Below are positions 25,161 to 39,329 of a DNA stretch of 64,000 nt, piece by piece. The DNA lies in the NCBI GenBank assembly GCA_964016885.1, contig OZ024741.1, positions 415,338,001 to 415,402,000 of the forward strand, read 5' to 3'. This DNA is from Eledone cirrhosa (taxonomy: Eukaryota). A program made the position numbers and the translations under genes. How positions within the stretch are numbered: position 1 is the stretch's first letter; every line of letters begins with the position of its first letter. The notes beneath the pieces are model-generated. The model saw only the letters and a list, made by a program, of their open reading frames with translations. It searched no databases and was not told where the DNA came from.

Positions 25161-28100
25161 AACCTTTAGTTTCCAACCTGGTCAACACTGACCAGGAATA
25201 TTACCTGCAGTTGTCTTAACCCTTTAGTTACCAACCTGGTCAACACTGACCAGGACTATTGCCTAAAGTTGTCTTAACCCTTTAGTTAAGTTACCAACCT
25301 GGTCAATAGTGACCAGAACTATTACCTACAGTTGTCTTAACCCTTTAGTTACCAACCTGGTCAACACTGACCAGGACTATTACCTACAGTTGTCTTGACT
25401 CTTTAGTTTCCAACCTGGTCAACACTGACCAGGACTATTACCTTCAGTTGTCTTAACCCTTTAGTTACCAGTCTGGTCAACCCTGACCAGCACTATTATC
25501 TACAGTTGTCTTAACCCTTTAGTTACCACTCTGGTCAACACTGACCAGCACTATTATCTACAGTTGTCTTGACCCTTTAGTTACCAGTCTGGTCAACACT
25601 GACCAGGACTATTACCTACAGTTGTCGTAACACTTTAGTTATCAACCTAGTCAACACTAACCAGGACTATTATCTACAGTTGTCGTAACACTTTAGTTAC
25701 CAAACTGGTCAACACTTACCATGACTATTACCTACAGTTGTCTTAACACTTTAGTTACCAGCCTGGTCAACACTTACCAGGACTATTACCTACAGTTGTC
25801 TTAACCCTTTAGTTACCAACCTAGTCAACACTAACCAGGACTATTAACTACAGTTGTCTTGACCCTTTAGTTACCAACCTGGTCAACATTGACCAGGACT
25901 ATTACCTACAGTTGTCTTAACCCTTTAGTTACCAACCTGGTCAACACTGACCAGGACTATTACCTACAGTTGTCTTAACCCTTTAGTTACCAACCTGGTC
26001 AACACTAACCAGGAATATTATCTACAGTTGTGTTAACCCTTTAGTTACCAACCTGGTCAACACTAACCAGGACTATTACCTACAGTTGTCTTAAACCTTT
26101 AGTTTCCAACCTGGTCAACACAGACCAGGACTATTACCTACAGTTGTCTTAACCCTTTAGTTACCAACCCAGTCAACACTAACCAGGACGATTACCTACA
26201 GTTCTCTTAACCCTTTAGTTACCAACCTGGTCAACACTTACCAGCACTATTATCTACAGTTGTCTTAAGCCTTTAGTTAACAGTCTGGTCAACACTGACC
26301 AGCACTATTATCTACAGTTGTCTTAACCCTTTAGTTACCAGTCTAGTCAACACTGACAAGCACTATTATCTACAGTTGTCGTAACACTTTAGTTACCAAC
26401 CTGGTCAACACTTACCAGGACTATTACCTACAGTTGATGTAACCCTTTAGTTACCAACCTGGTCAACACTAACCAGGACTATTACCTACAGTTGTCTTAA
26501 CCCTTTAAATTCCAACCTGGTCAACACTGACCAGGACTATTGCCTACAGTTGTCTTAACCCTTTAGTTACCAACCTGGTCAACACTGACCAGGACTATTG
26601 CCTACATTTGTCTTAACCCTTTAGTTACCAACCTGGTCAACACTGACCAGAACTATTGCCTACAGTTGTCTTAACCCTTTAGTTACCAACCTGGTCAACA
26701 CTGACCAGGACTATTACCTACAGTTGTCTTAACCCTTTAGTTACCAACCTGGTCAACACTGACCAGGACTATTACCTACAGTTCTCTTAACCCTTTAGTT
26801 ACCAGTCTGGTCAACACTGACCAGCACTATTATCTACAGTTGTCTTAACCCTTTAGTTACCAACCTGGTCAACATTTACCAGGACTATTACCTACAGTTG
26901 TCTTAACCCTTTAGTTACCAACCTGGTCAACACTGACCAGGACTATTACCTACAGTTGTCTTAACCCTTTAGTTACCAACCTGGTCAACACTTACCAGGA
27001 CTATTACCTACAGTTGTCTTAACCCTTTAGTTACCAACCTGGTCAACACTAACCAGGACTATTACCTACAGGTGTCTTAACCCTTTAGTTACCAACCTGG
27101 TCAACACTAACCAGGACTATTACCTACAGTTGTCTTAACCCTTTAGTTACCAACCTGGTCAAGACTGACCAGGACTATTACCTACAGTTGTCTTAACCCT
27201 TTAGTTACCAACCTGGTCAACACTTACCAGGACTATTACCTACAGTTGTCTTAACCCTTTAGTTACCAACCTGGTCAACACTTACCAGGACTATTACCTA
27301 CAGTTGTCTTAACCCTTTAGTTACCAACCTGGTCAACACTAACCAGGACTATTACCTACAGGTGTCTTAACCCTTTAGTTACCAACCTGGTCAACACTGA
27401 CCAGGACTATTACCTACAGTTGTCTTAACCCTTTAGTTACCAACCTGGTCAACACTAACCAGGACTATTACCTACAGTTGTCTTAACCCTTTAGTTACCA
27501 ACCTGGTCAACACTTACCAGGACTATTACCTACAGTTGTCTTAACCCTTTAGTTACCAACCTGGTCAACACTAACCAGGACTATTACCTACAGGTGTCTT
27601 AACCCTTTAGTTACCAACCTGGTCAACACTAACCAGGACTATTACCTACAGGTGTCTTAACCCTTTAGTTACCAACCTGGTCAACACTAACCAGGACTAT
27701 TACCTACAGTTGTCTTAACCCTTTAGTTACCAACCTGGTCAACACTTACCAGGACTATTACCTACAGTTGTCTTAACCCTTTAGTTACCAACCTGGTCAA
27801 GACTGACCAGGACTATTACCTACAGTTGTCTTAACCCTTTAGTTACTAACCTGGTCAACACTGACCAGGACTATTACCTACAGTTGTCCTAACCCTTTAG
27901 TTACCAATCTGGTCAACACTAACCAGGACTATTATCTACAGTTGTCTTAACCCTTTAGTTACCAACCTGGTCAAAACTTACCAGGACTATTACCTACAGT
28001 TGTCTTAACCCTTTAGTTACCAACCTGGTCAACACTAACCAGGACTATTACCTACAGTTGTCTTAACCCTTTAGTTACCAGTCTGGTCAACACTAACCAG

Positions 28101-31100
28101 GACTATTACCTACAGTTGTCTTAACACTTTAGTTACCAATCTGGTCAACACTGACCAGGACTATTACCTACAGTTCTCTTAACCCTTTAGTTACCAGCCT
28201 GGTCAACACTGACCAGCACTATTATCTACAGTTGTCTTAACCCTTTGGTTACCAACCTGGTCAACACTGACCAGCACTATTATGTACAGTTGTCGTAACC
28301 CTTTAGTTACCAACCTGGTCAACACTGACCAGGACTATTACCTACAGTTGTCTTAACCCTTTAGTTACCAACCTGGTCAACACTGACCAGAACTATTAGC
28401 TACAGTTGTCTTAACCCTTTAGTTACCAACCTGGTCAACACTAACCAGGACTATTACCTACAGTTGTCTTAACCCTTTAGTTACCAACCTGGTCAACACT
28501 TACCAGGACTATTACCTACAGTTGTCTTAACCCTTTAGTTACAAACCTTTTCAACAATAACCAGGACTATTACCTACAGTTGTCTTAACCCTTTAGTTAC
28601 CAACCTGGTCAACACTGACCAGAACTATTACCTACAGTTGTCTTAACCCTTTAGTTACTAACCTGGTCAACACTGACCAGGACTATTACCTACAGTTGTC
28701 TTAACCCTTTAGTTCCCAACCTGGTCAACACTTACCAGGACTATTACCTACAGTTGTCTTAACCCTTTAGTTACCAACCTGGTCAACACTAACCAGGACT
28801 ATTACCTACAGTTGTCTTAACCCTTTAGTTACCAGTCTGGTCAACACTAACCAGGACTATTACCTACAGTTGTCTTAACACTTTAGTTACCAATCTGGTC
28901 AACACTGACCAGGACTATTACCTACAGTTCTCTTAACCCTTTAGTTACCAGCCTGGTCAACACTGACTAGCACTATTATCTACAGTTGTCTTAACCCTTT
29001 GGTTACCAACCTGGTCAACACTGACCAGCACTATTATCTACAGTTGTCGTAACCCTTTAGTTACCAACCTGGTCAACACTGACCAGGACTATTACCTACA
29101 GTTGTCTTAACCCTTTAGTTACCAACCTGGTCAACACTGACCAGAACTATTAGCTACAGTTGTCTTAACCCTTTAGTTACCAACCTAGTCAACACTAACC
29201 AGGACTATTACCTACAGTTGTCTTAACCCTTTAGTTACCAACCTGGTCAACACTTACCAGGACTATTACCTACAGTTGTCTTAACCCTTTAGTTACAAAC
29301 CTGGTCAACAATAACCAGGACTATTACCTACAGTTGTCTTAACCCTTTAGTTACCAACCTGGTCAACACTGACCAGGACTTACCTACAGTTGTCTTAACC
29401 CTTTAGTTACTAACCTGGTCAACACTGACCAGGACTATTACCTACAGTTGTCTTAACCCTTTAGTTACCAACCTGGTCAACACTTACCAGGACTATTACC
29501 TACAGTTGTCTTAACCCTTTAGTTACCAACCTGGTCAACACTAACCAGGACTATTACCTACAGTTGTCTTAACCCTTTAGTTACCTGTCTGGTCAACACT
29601 AACCAGGACTATTACCTAGAGATGTCTTAACACTTTAGTTACCAATCTGGTCAACACTGACCAGGACTATTACCTACAGTTCTCTTAACCCTTTAGTTAC
29701 CAGCCTGGTCAACACTGACCAGCACTATTATCTACAGTTGTCTTAACCCTTTGGTTACCAACCTGGTCAACACTGACCAGCACTATTATCTACAGTTGTC
29801 GTAACCCTTTAGTTACCAACCTGGTCAACACTGACCAGGACTATTACCTACAGTTGTCTTAACCCTTTAGTTACCAACCTGGTCAACACTAACCAGGACT
29901 ATTACCTACAGTTGTCTTAACCCTTTAGTTACCAACCTGGTCAACACTTACCAGGACTATTACCTACTGTTGTCTTAACCCTTTAGTTACAAACCTGGTC
30001 AACAATAACCAGGACTATTACCTACAGTTGTCTTAACCCTTTAGTTACCAACCTGGTCAACACTGACCAGGACTATTACCTACAGTTGTCTTAACCCTTT
30101 AGTTACTAACCTGGTCAACACTGACCAGGACTATTACCTACAGTTGTCCTAACCCTTTAGTTACCAATCTGGTCAACACTAGCCAGGACTATTATCTACA
30201 GTTGTCTTAACCCTTTAGTTACCAACCTGGTCAACACTTACCAGGACTATTACCTACAGTTGTCTTAACCCTTTAGTTACCAACCTGGTCAACACTTACC
30301 AGGACTATTACCTACAGTTGTCTTAACCCTTTAGTTACAAACCTGGTCAACACTGACCAGGACTATTACCTACAGGTGTCTTAACCCTTTAGTTACTAAC
30401 CTGGTCAACACTGACCAGGACTATTACCTACAGTTGTCCTAACCCTTTAGTTACCAATCTGGTCAACACTAACCAGGACTATTATCTACAGTTGTCTTAA
30501 CCCTTTAGTTACCAACCTGGTCAACACTTACCAGGACTATTACCTACAGTTGCCTTAACCCTTTAGTTACCAACCTGGTCAACACTAACCAGGACTATTA
30601 CCTACAGTTGTCTTAATCCTTTAGTTACCAGTCTGGTCAACACTAACTAGGACTATTACCTACAGTTGTCTTAACAATTTAGTTACCAATCTGGTCAACA
30701 CTGACCAGGACTATTACCTACAGTTCTCTTAACCCTTTAGTTACCAGCCCGGTCAACACTGACCAGCACTATTATCTACAGTTGTCTTAACCCTTTGGTT
30801 ACCAACCTGGTCAACACTGACCAGCACTATTATGTACAGTTGTCTTAACCCTTTAGTTACCAACCTGGTCAACACTGACCAGGACTATTACCTACAGTTG
30901 TCTTAACCCTTTAGTTACCAACCTGCTCAACACTGACCAGAACTATTAGCTACAGTTGTCTTAACCCTTTAGTTCCCAACCTGGTCAACACTTACCAGGA
31001 CTATTACCTACAGTTGTCTTAACCCTTTAGTTACCAACCTGGTCAACACTAACCAGGACTATTACCTACAGTTGTCTTAACCCTTTAGTTACCAGTCTGG

Positions 31101-34100
31101 TCAACACTAACCAGGACTATTACCTACAGTTGTCTTAACACTTTAGTTACCAATCTGGTCAACACTGACCAGGACTATTACCTACAGTTCTCTTAACCCT
31201 TTAGTTACCAGCCTGGTCAACACTGACCAGCACTATTATCTACAGTTGTCTTAACCCTTTGGTTACCAACCTGGTCAACACTGACCAGCACTATTATCTA
31301 CAGTTGTCGTAACCCTTTAGTTACCAACCTGGTCAACACTGACCAGGACTATTACCTACAGTTGTCTTAACCCTTTAGTTACCAACCTGGTCAACACTGA
31401 CCAGAACTATTAGCTACAGTTGTCTTAACCCTTTAGTTACCAACCTGGTCAACACTAACCAGGACTATTACCTACAGTTGTCTTAACCCTTTAGTTACCA
31501 ACCGGGTCAACACTTACCAGGACTATTACCTACAGTTGTCTTAACCCTTTAGTTACAAACCTGGTCAACAATAACCAGGACTATTACCTACAGTTGTCTT
31601 AACCCTTTAGTTACCAACCTGGTCAACACTGACCAGGACTTACCTACAGTTGTCTTAACCCTTTAGTTACTAACCTGGTCAACACTGACCAGGACTATTA
31701 CCTACAGTTGTCTTAACCCTTTAGTTACCAACCTGGTCAACACTTACCAGGACTATTACCTACAGTTGTCTTAACCCTTTAGTTACCAACCTGGTCAACA
31801 CTAACCAGGACTATTACCTACAGTTGTCTTAACCCTTTAGTTACCTGTCTGGTCAACACTAACCAGGACTATTACCTAGAGTTGTCTTAACACTTTAGTT
31901 ACCAATCTGGTCAACACTGACCAGGACTATTACCTACAGTTCTCTTAACCCTTTAGTTACCAGCCTGGTCAACACTGACCAGCACTATTATCTACAGTTG
32001 TCTTAACCCTTTGGTTACCAACCTGGTCAACACTGACCAGCACTATTATCTACAGTTGTCGTAACCCTTTAGTTACCAACCTGGTCAACACTGACCAGGA
32101 CTATTACCTACAGTTGTCTTAACCCTTTAGTTACTAACCTGGTCAACACTGACCAGGACTATTACCTACAGTTGTCTTAACCCTTTAGTTACCAACCTGG
32201 TCAACACTTACCAGGACTATTACCTACAGTTGTCTTAACCCTTTAGTTACCAACCTGGTCAACACTAACCAGGACTATTACCTACACTTGTCTTAACCCT
32301 TTAGTTACCAGTCTGGTCAACACTAACCAGGACTATTACCTACAGTTGTCTTAACACTTTAGTTACCAATCTGGTCAACACTGACCAGGACTATTACCTA
32401 CAGTTCTCTTAACCCTTTAGTTACCAGCCTGGTCAACACTGACCAGCACTATTATCTACAGTTGTCTTAACCCTTTGGTTACCAACCTGGTCAACACTGA
32501 CCAGCACTATTATCTACAGTTGTCGTAACCCTTTAGTTACCAACCTGGTCAACACTGACCAGGACTATTACCTACAGTTGTCTTAACCCTTTAGTTACCA
32601 ACCTGGTCAACACTGACTAGAACTATTAGCTACAGTTGTCTTAACCCTTTAGTTACCAACCTGGTCAACACTAACCAGGACTATTACCTACAGTTGTCTT
32701 AACCCTTTAGTTACCAACCTGGTCAACACTTACCAGGACTATTACCTACAGTTGTCTTAACCCTTTAGTTACAAACCTGGTCAACAATAACCAGGACTAT
32801 TACCTACAGTTGTCTTAACCCTTTAGTTACCAACCTGGTCAACACTGACCAGGACTATTACCTACAGTTGTCTTAACCCTTTAGTTACTAACCTGGTCAA
32901 CACTGACCAGGACTATTACCTAGAGTTGTCCTAACCCTTTAGTTACCAATCTGGTCAACACTAACCAGGACTATTATCTACAGTTGTCTTAACCCTTTAG
33001 TTACCAACCTGGTCAACACTTACCAGGACTATTACCTACAGTTGTCTTAACCCTTTAGTTACCAACCTGGTCAACACTAACCAGGACTATTACCTACAGT
33101 TGTCTTAACCCTTTAGTTACCAGTCTGGTCAACACTAACCAGGACTATTACCTACAGTTGTCTTAACACTTTAGTTACCAATCTGGTCAACACTGACCAG
33201 GACTATTACCTACAGTTCTCTTAACCCTTTAGTTACCAGCCTGGTCAACACTGACCAGCACTATTATCTACAGTTGTCTTAACCCTTTGGTTCCCAACCT
33301 GGTCAACACTGACCAGCACTATTATGTACAGTTGTCGTAACCCTTTAGTTACCAACCTGGTCAACACTGACCGGGACTATTACCTACAGTTGTCTTAACC
33401 CTTTAGTTACCAACCTGGTCAACACTAACCAGAACTATTAGCTACAGTTGTCTTAACCCTTTAGTTACCAACCTGGTCAACACTAACCAGGACTATTACC
33501 TACAGTTGTCTTAACCCTTTAGTTACCAACCTGGTCAACACTTACCAGGACTATTACCTACAGTTGTCTTAACCCTTTAGTTACAAACCTGGTCAACAAT
33601 AACCAGGACTATTACCTACAGTTGTCTTAACCCTTTAGTTACCAACCTGGTCAACACTGACCAGGACTATTACCTACAGTTGTCTTAACCCTTTAGTTAC
33701 TAACCTGGTCAACACTGACCAGGACTATTACCTACAGTTGTCTTAACGCTTTAGTTACCAACCTGGTCAACACTTACCAGGACTATTACCTACAGTTGTC
33801 TTAACCCTTTAGTTACCAACCTGGTCAACACTAACCAGGACTATTACCTACAGTTGTCTTAACCCTTTAGTTACCAACCTGGTCAACACTGACCAGGACT
33901 ATTACCTACAGTTGTCTTAACCCTTTAGTTACTAACCTGGTCAACACTGACCAGCACTATTATCTACAGTTGTCGTAACACTTTAGTTACCAACCTGGTC
34001 AACACTTACCAGGACTATTACCTACAGTTTTCTTAACACTTTAGTTACCAACCTGGTCAACACTTACCAGGACTATTACCTACAGTTGTCTTATCCCTTT

Positions 34101-37100
34101 AGTTACCAACCTGGTCAACACTGACCAGGACTATTACCTACAGTTGTCTTAACCCTTTAGTTACCAACCTGGTCAACACTGACCAGGACTATTACCTACA
34201 GTTGTCTTAAACCTTTAGTTTCCAACCTGGTCAACACTGACCAGGAATATTACCTGCAGTTGTCTTAACCCTTTAGTTACCAACCTGGTCAACACTGACC
34301 AGGACTATTGCCTAAAGTTGTCTTAACCCTTTAGTTAAGTTACCAACCTGGTCAATAGTGACCAGAACTATTACCTACAGTTGTCTTAACCCTTTAGTTA
34401 CCAACCTGGTCAACACTGACCAGGACTATTACCTACAGTTGTCTTGACTCTTTAGTTTCCAACCTGGTCAACACTGACCAGGACTATTACCTTCAGTTGT
34501 CTTAACCCTTTAGTTACCAGTCTGGTCAACCCTGACCAGCACTATTATCTACAGTTGTCTTAACCCTTTAGTTACCACTCTGGTCAACACTGACCAGCAC
34601 TATTATCTACAGTTGTCTTGACCCTTTAGTTACCAGTCTGGTCAACACTGACCAGGACTATTACCTACAGTTGTCGTAACACTTTAGTTATCAACCTAGT
34701 CAACATTAACCAGGACTATTATCTACAGTTGTCGTAACACTTTAGTTACCAAACTGGTCAACACTTACCAGGACTATTACCTACAGTTGTCTTAACACTT
34801 TAGTTACCAGCCTGGTCAACACTTACCAGGACTATTACCTACAGTTGTCTTAACCCTTTAGTTACCAACCTAGTCAACACTAACCAGGACTATTAACTAC
34901 AGTTGTCTTGACCCTTTAGTTACCAACCTGGTCAACATTGACCAGGACTATTACCTACAGTTGTCTTAACCCTTTAGTTACCAACCTGGTCAACACTGAC
35001 CAGGACAATTACCTACAGTTGTCTTAACCCTTTAGTTACCAACCTGGTCAACACTAACCAGGAATATTATCTACAGTTGTGTTAACCCTTTAGTTACCAA
35101 CCTGGTCAACACTAACCAGGACTATTACCTACAGTTGTCTTAAACCTTTAGTTTCCAACCTGGTCAACACAGACCAGGACTATTACCTACAGTTGTCTTA
35201 ACCCTTTAGTTACCAACCCAGTCAACACTAACCAGGACGATTACCTACAGTTCTCTTAACCCTTTAGTTACCAACCTGGTCAACACTGACCAGCACTATT
35301 ATCTACAGTTGTCTTAAGCCTTTAGTTAACAGTCTGGTCAACACTGACCAGCACTATTATCTACAGTTGTCTTAACCCTTTAGTTACCAGTCTAGTCAAC
35401 ACTGACCAGCACTATTATCTACAGTTGTCGTAACACTTTAGTTACCAACCTGGTCAACACTTACCAGGACTATTACATACAGTTGATGTAACCCTTTAGT
35501 TACCAACCTGGTCAACACTAACCAGGACTATTACCTACAGTTGTCTTAACCCTTTAAATTCCAACCTGGTCAACACTGACCAGGACTATTGCCTAGAGTT
35601 GTCTTAACCCTTTAGTTACCAACCTGGTCAACACTGACCAGGACTATTGCCTACATTTGTCTTAACCCTTTAGTTACCAACCTGGTCAACACTGACCAGA
35701 ACTATTGCCTACAGTTGTCTTAACCCTTTAGTTACCAACCTGGTCAACACTGACCAGGACTATTACCTACAGTTGTCTTAACCCTTTAGTTACCAACCTG
35801 GTCAACACTGACCAGGACTATTACCTACAGTTCTCTTAACCCTTTAGTTACCAGTCTGGTCAACACTGACCAGCACTATTATCTACAGTTGTCTTAACCC
35901 TTTAGTTACCAACCTGGTCAACATTTACCAGGACTATTACCTACAGTTGTCTTAACCCTTTAGTTACCAACCTGGTCAACACTGACCAGGACTATTACCT
36001 ACAGGTGTCTTAACCCTTTAGTTACCAACCTGGTCAACACTAACCAGGACTATTACCTACAGTTGTCTTAACCCTTTAGTTACCAACCTGGTCAACACTT
36101 ACCAGGACTATTACCTACAGTTGTCTTAACCCTTTAGTTACAAACCTGGTCAATAATAACCAGGACTATTACCTACAGTTGTCTTAACCCTTTAGTTACC
36201 AACCTGGTCAAGACTGACCAGGACTATTACCTACAGTTGTCTTAACCCTTTAGTTACTAACCTGGTCAACACTGACCAGGACTATTACCTACAGTTGTCC
36301 TAACCCTTTAGTTACCAATCTGGTCAACACTAACGAGGACTATTATCTACAGTTGTCTTAACCCTTTAGTTACCAACCTGGTCAAAACTTACCAGGACTA
36401 TTACCTACAGTTGTCTTAACCCTTTAGTTACCAACCTGGTCAACACTAACCAGGACTATTACCTACAGTTGTCTTAACCCTTTAGTTACCAGTCTGGTCA
36501 ACACTAACCAGGACTATTACCTACAGTTGTCTTAACAATTTAGTTACCAATCTGGTCAACACTGACCAGGACTATTACCTACAGTTCTCTTAACCCTTTA
36601 GTTACCAGCCCGGTCAACACTGACCAGCACTATTATCTACAGTTGTCTTAACCCTTTGGTTACCAACCTGGTCAACACTGACCAGCACTATTATGTACAG
36701 TTGTCTTAACCCTTTAGTTACCAACCTGGTCAACACTGACCAGGACTATTACCTACAGTTGTCTTAACCCTTTAGTTACCAACCTGCTCAACACTGACCA
36801 GAACTATTAGCTACAGTTGTCTTAACCCTTTAGTTCCCAACCTGGTCAACACTTACCAGGACTATTACCTACAGTTGTCTTAACCCTTTAGTTACCAACC
36901 TGGTCAACACTAACCAGGACTATTACCTACAGTTGTCTTAACCCTTTAGTTACCAGTCTGGTCAACACTAACCAGGACTATTACCTACAGTTGTCTTAAC
37001 ACTTTAGTTACCAATCTGGTCAACACTGACCAGGACTATTACCTACAGTTGTCTTAACCCTTTAGTTACCAACCTGGTCAACACTTACCAGGACTATTAC

Positions 37101-39329
37101 CTACAGTTGTCTTAACCCTTTAGTTACCAACCTGGTCAACACTAACCAGGACTATTACCCACACTTGTCTTAACCCTTTAGTTACCAGTCTGGTCAACAC
37201 TAACCAGGACTATTACCTACAGTTGTCTTAACACTTTAGTTACCAATCTGGTCAACACTGACCAGGACTATTACCTACAGTTCTCTTAACCCTTTAGTTA
37301 CCAGCCTGGTCAACACTGACCAGCACTATTATCTACAGTTGTCTTAACCCTTTGGTTACCAACCTGGTCAACACTGACCAGCACTATTATCTACAGTTGT
37401 CGTAACCCTTTAGTTACCAACCTGGTCAACACTGACCAGGACTATTACCTACAGTTGTCTTAACCCTTTAGTTACCAACCTGGTCAACACTGACTAGAAC
37501 TATTAGCTACAGTTGTCTTAACCCTTTAGTTACCAACCTGGTCAACACTAACCAGGACTATTACCTACAGTTGTCTTAACCCTTTAGTTACCAACCTGGT
37601 CAACACTTACCAGGACTATTACCTACAGTTGTCTTAACCCTTTAGTTACAAACCTGGTCAAAAATAACCAGGACTATTACCTACAGTTGTCTTAACCCTT
37701 TAGTTACCAACCTGGTCAACACTGACCAGGACTATTACCTACAGTTGTCTTAACCCTTTAGTTACTAACCTGGTCAACACTGACCAGGACTATTACCTAG
37801 AGTTGTCCTAACCCTTTAGTTACCAATCTGGTCAACACTAACCAGGACTATTATCTACAGTTGTCTTAACCCTTTAGTTACCAACCTGGTCAACACTTAC
37901 CAGGACTATTACCTACAGTTGTCTTAACCCTTTAGTTACCAACCTGGTCAACACTAACCAGGACTATTACCTACAGTTGTCTTAACCCTTTAGTTACCAG
38001 TCTGGTCAACACTAACCAGGACTATTACCTACAGTTGTCTTAACCCTTTAGTTACCAACCTGGTCAACACTAACCAGGACTATTACCTACAGTTGTCTTA
38101 ACCCTTTAGTTACCAACCTGGTCAACACTGACCAGGACTATTACCTACAGTTGTCTTAACCCTTTAGTTACTAACCTGGTCAACACTGACCAGCACTATT
38201 ATCTACAGTTGTCGTAACACTTTAGTTACCAACCTGGTCAACACTTACCAGGACTATTACCTACAGTTGTCTTAACACTTTAGTTACCAACCTGGTCAAC
38301 ACTTACCAGGACTATTACCTACAGTTGTCTTATCCCTTTAGTTACCAACCTGGTCAACACTGACCAGGACTATTACCTACAGTTGTCTTAACCCTTTAGT
38401 TACCAACCTGGTCAACACTGACCAGGACTATTACCTACAGTTGTCTTAAACCTTTAGTTTCCAACCTGGTCAACACTGACCAGGAATATTACCTGCAGTT
38501 GTCTTAACCCTTTAGTTACCAACCTGGTCAACACTAACCAGGACTATTACCTAAAGTTGTCTTAACCCTTTAGTTAAGTTACCAACCTGGTCAATAGTGA
38601 CCAGAACTATTACCTACAGTTGTCTTAACCCTTTAGTTACCAACCTGGTCAACACTGACCAGGACTATTACCTACAGTTGTCTTGACTCTTTAGTTTCCA
38701 ACCTGGTCAACACTGACCAGGACTATTACCTTCAGTTGTCTTAACCCTTTAGTTACCAGTCTGGTCAACCCTGACCAGCACTATTATCTACAGTTGTCTT
38801 AACCCTTTAGTTACCACTCTGGTCAACACTGACCAGCACTATTATCTACAGTTGTCTTGACCCTTTAGTTACCAGTCTGGTCAACACTGACCAGGACTAT
38901 TACCTACAGTTGTAACACTTTAGTTATCAACCTAGTCAACACTAACCAGGACTATTATCTGCAGTTGTCGTAACACTTTAGTTACCAAACTGGTCAACAC
39001 TTACCAGGACTATTACCTACAGTTGTCTTAACACTTTAGTTACCAGCCTGGTCAACACTTACCAGGACTATTACCTACAGTTGTCTTAACCCTTTAGTTA
39101 CCAACCTAGTCAACACTAACCAGGACTATTAACTACAGTTGTCTTGACCCTTTAGTTACCAACCTGGTCAACATTGACCAGGACTAATACCTACAGTTGT
39201 CTTAACCCTTTAGTTACCAACCTGGTCAACACTGACCAGGACTATTACCTACAGTTGTCTTAACCCTTTAGTTACCAACCTGGTCAACACTAACCAGGAA
39301 TATTATCTACAGTTGTGTTAACCCTTTAG

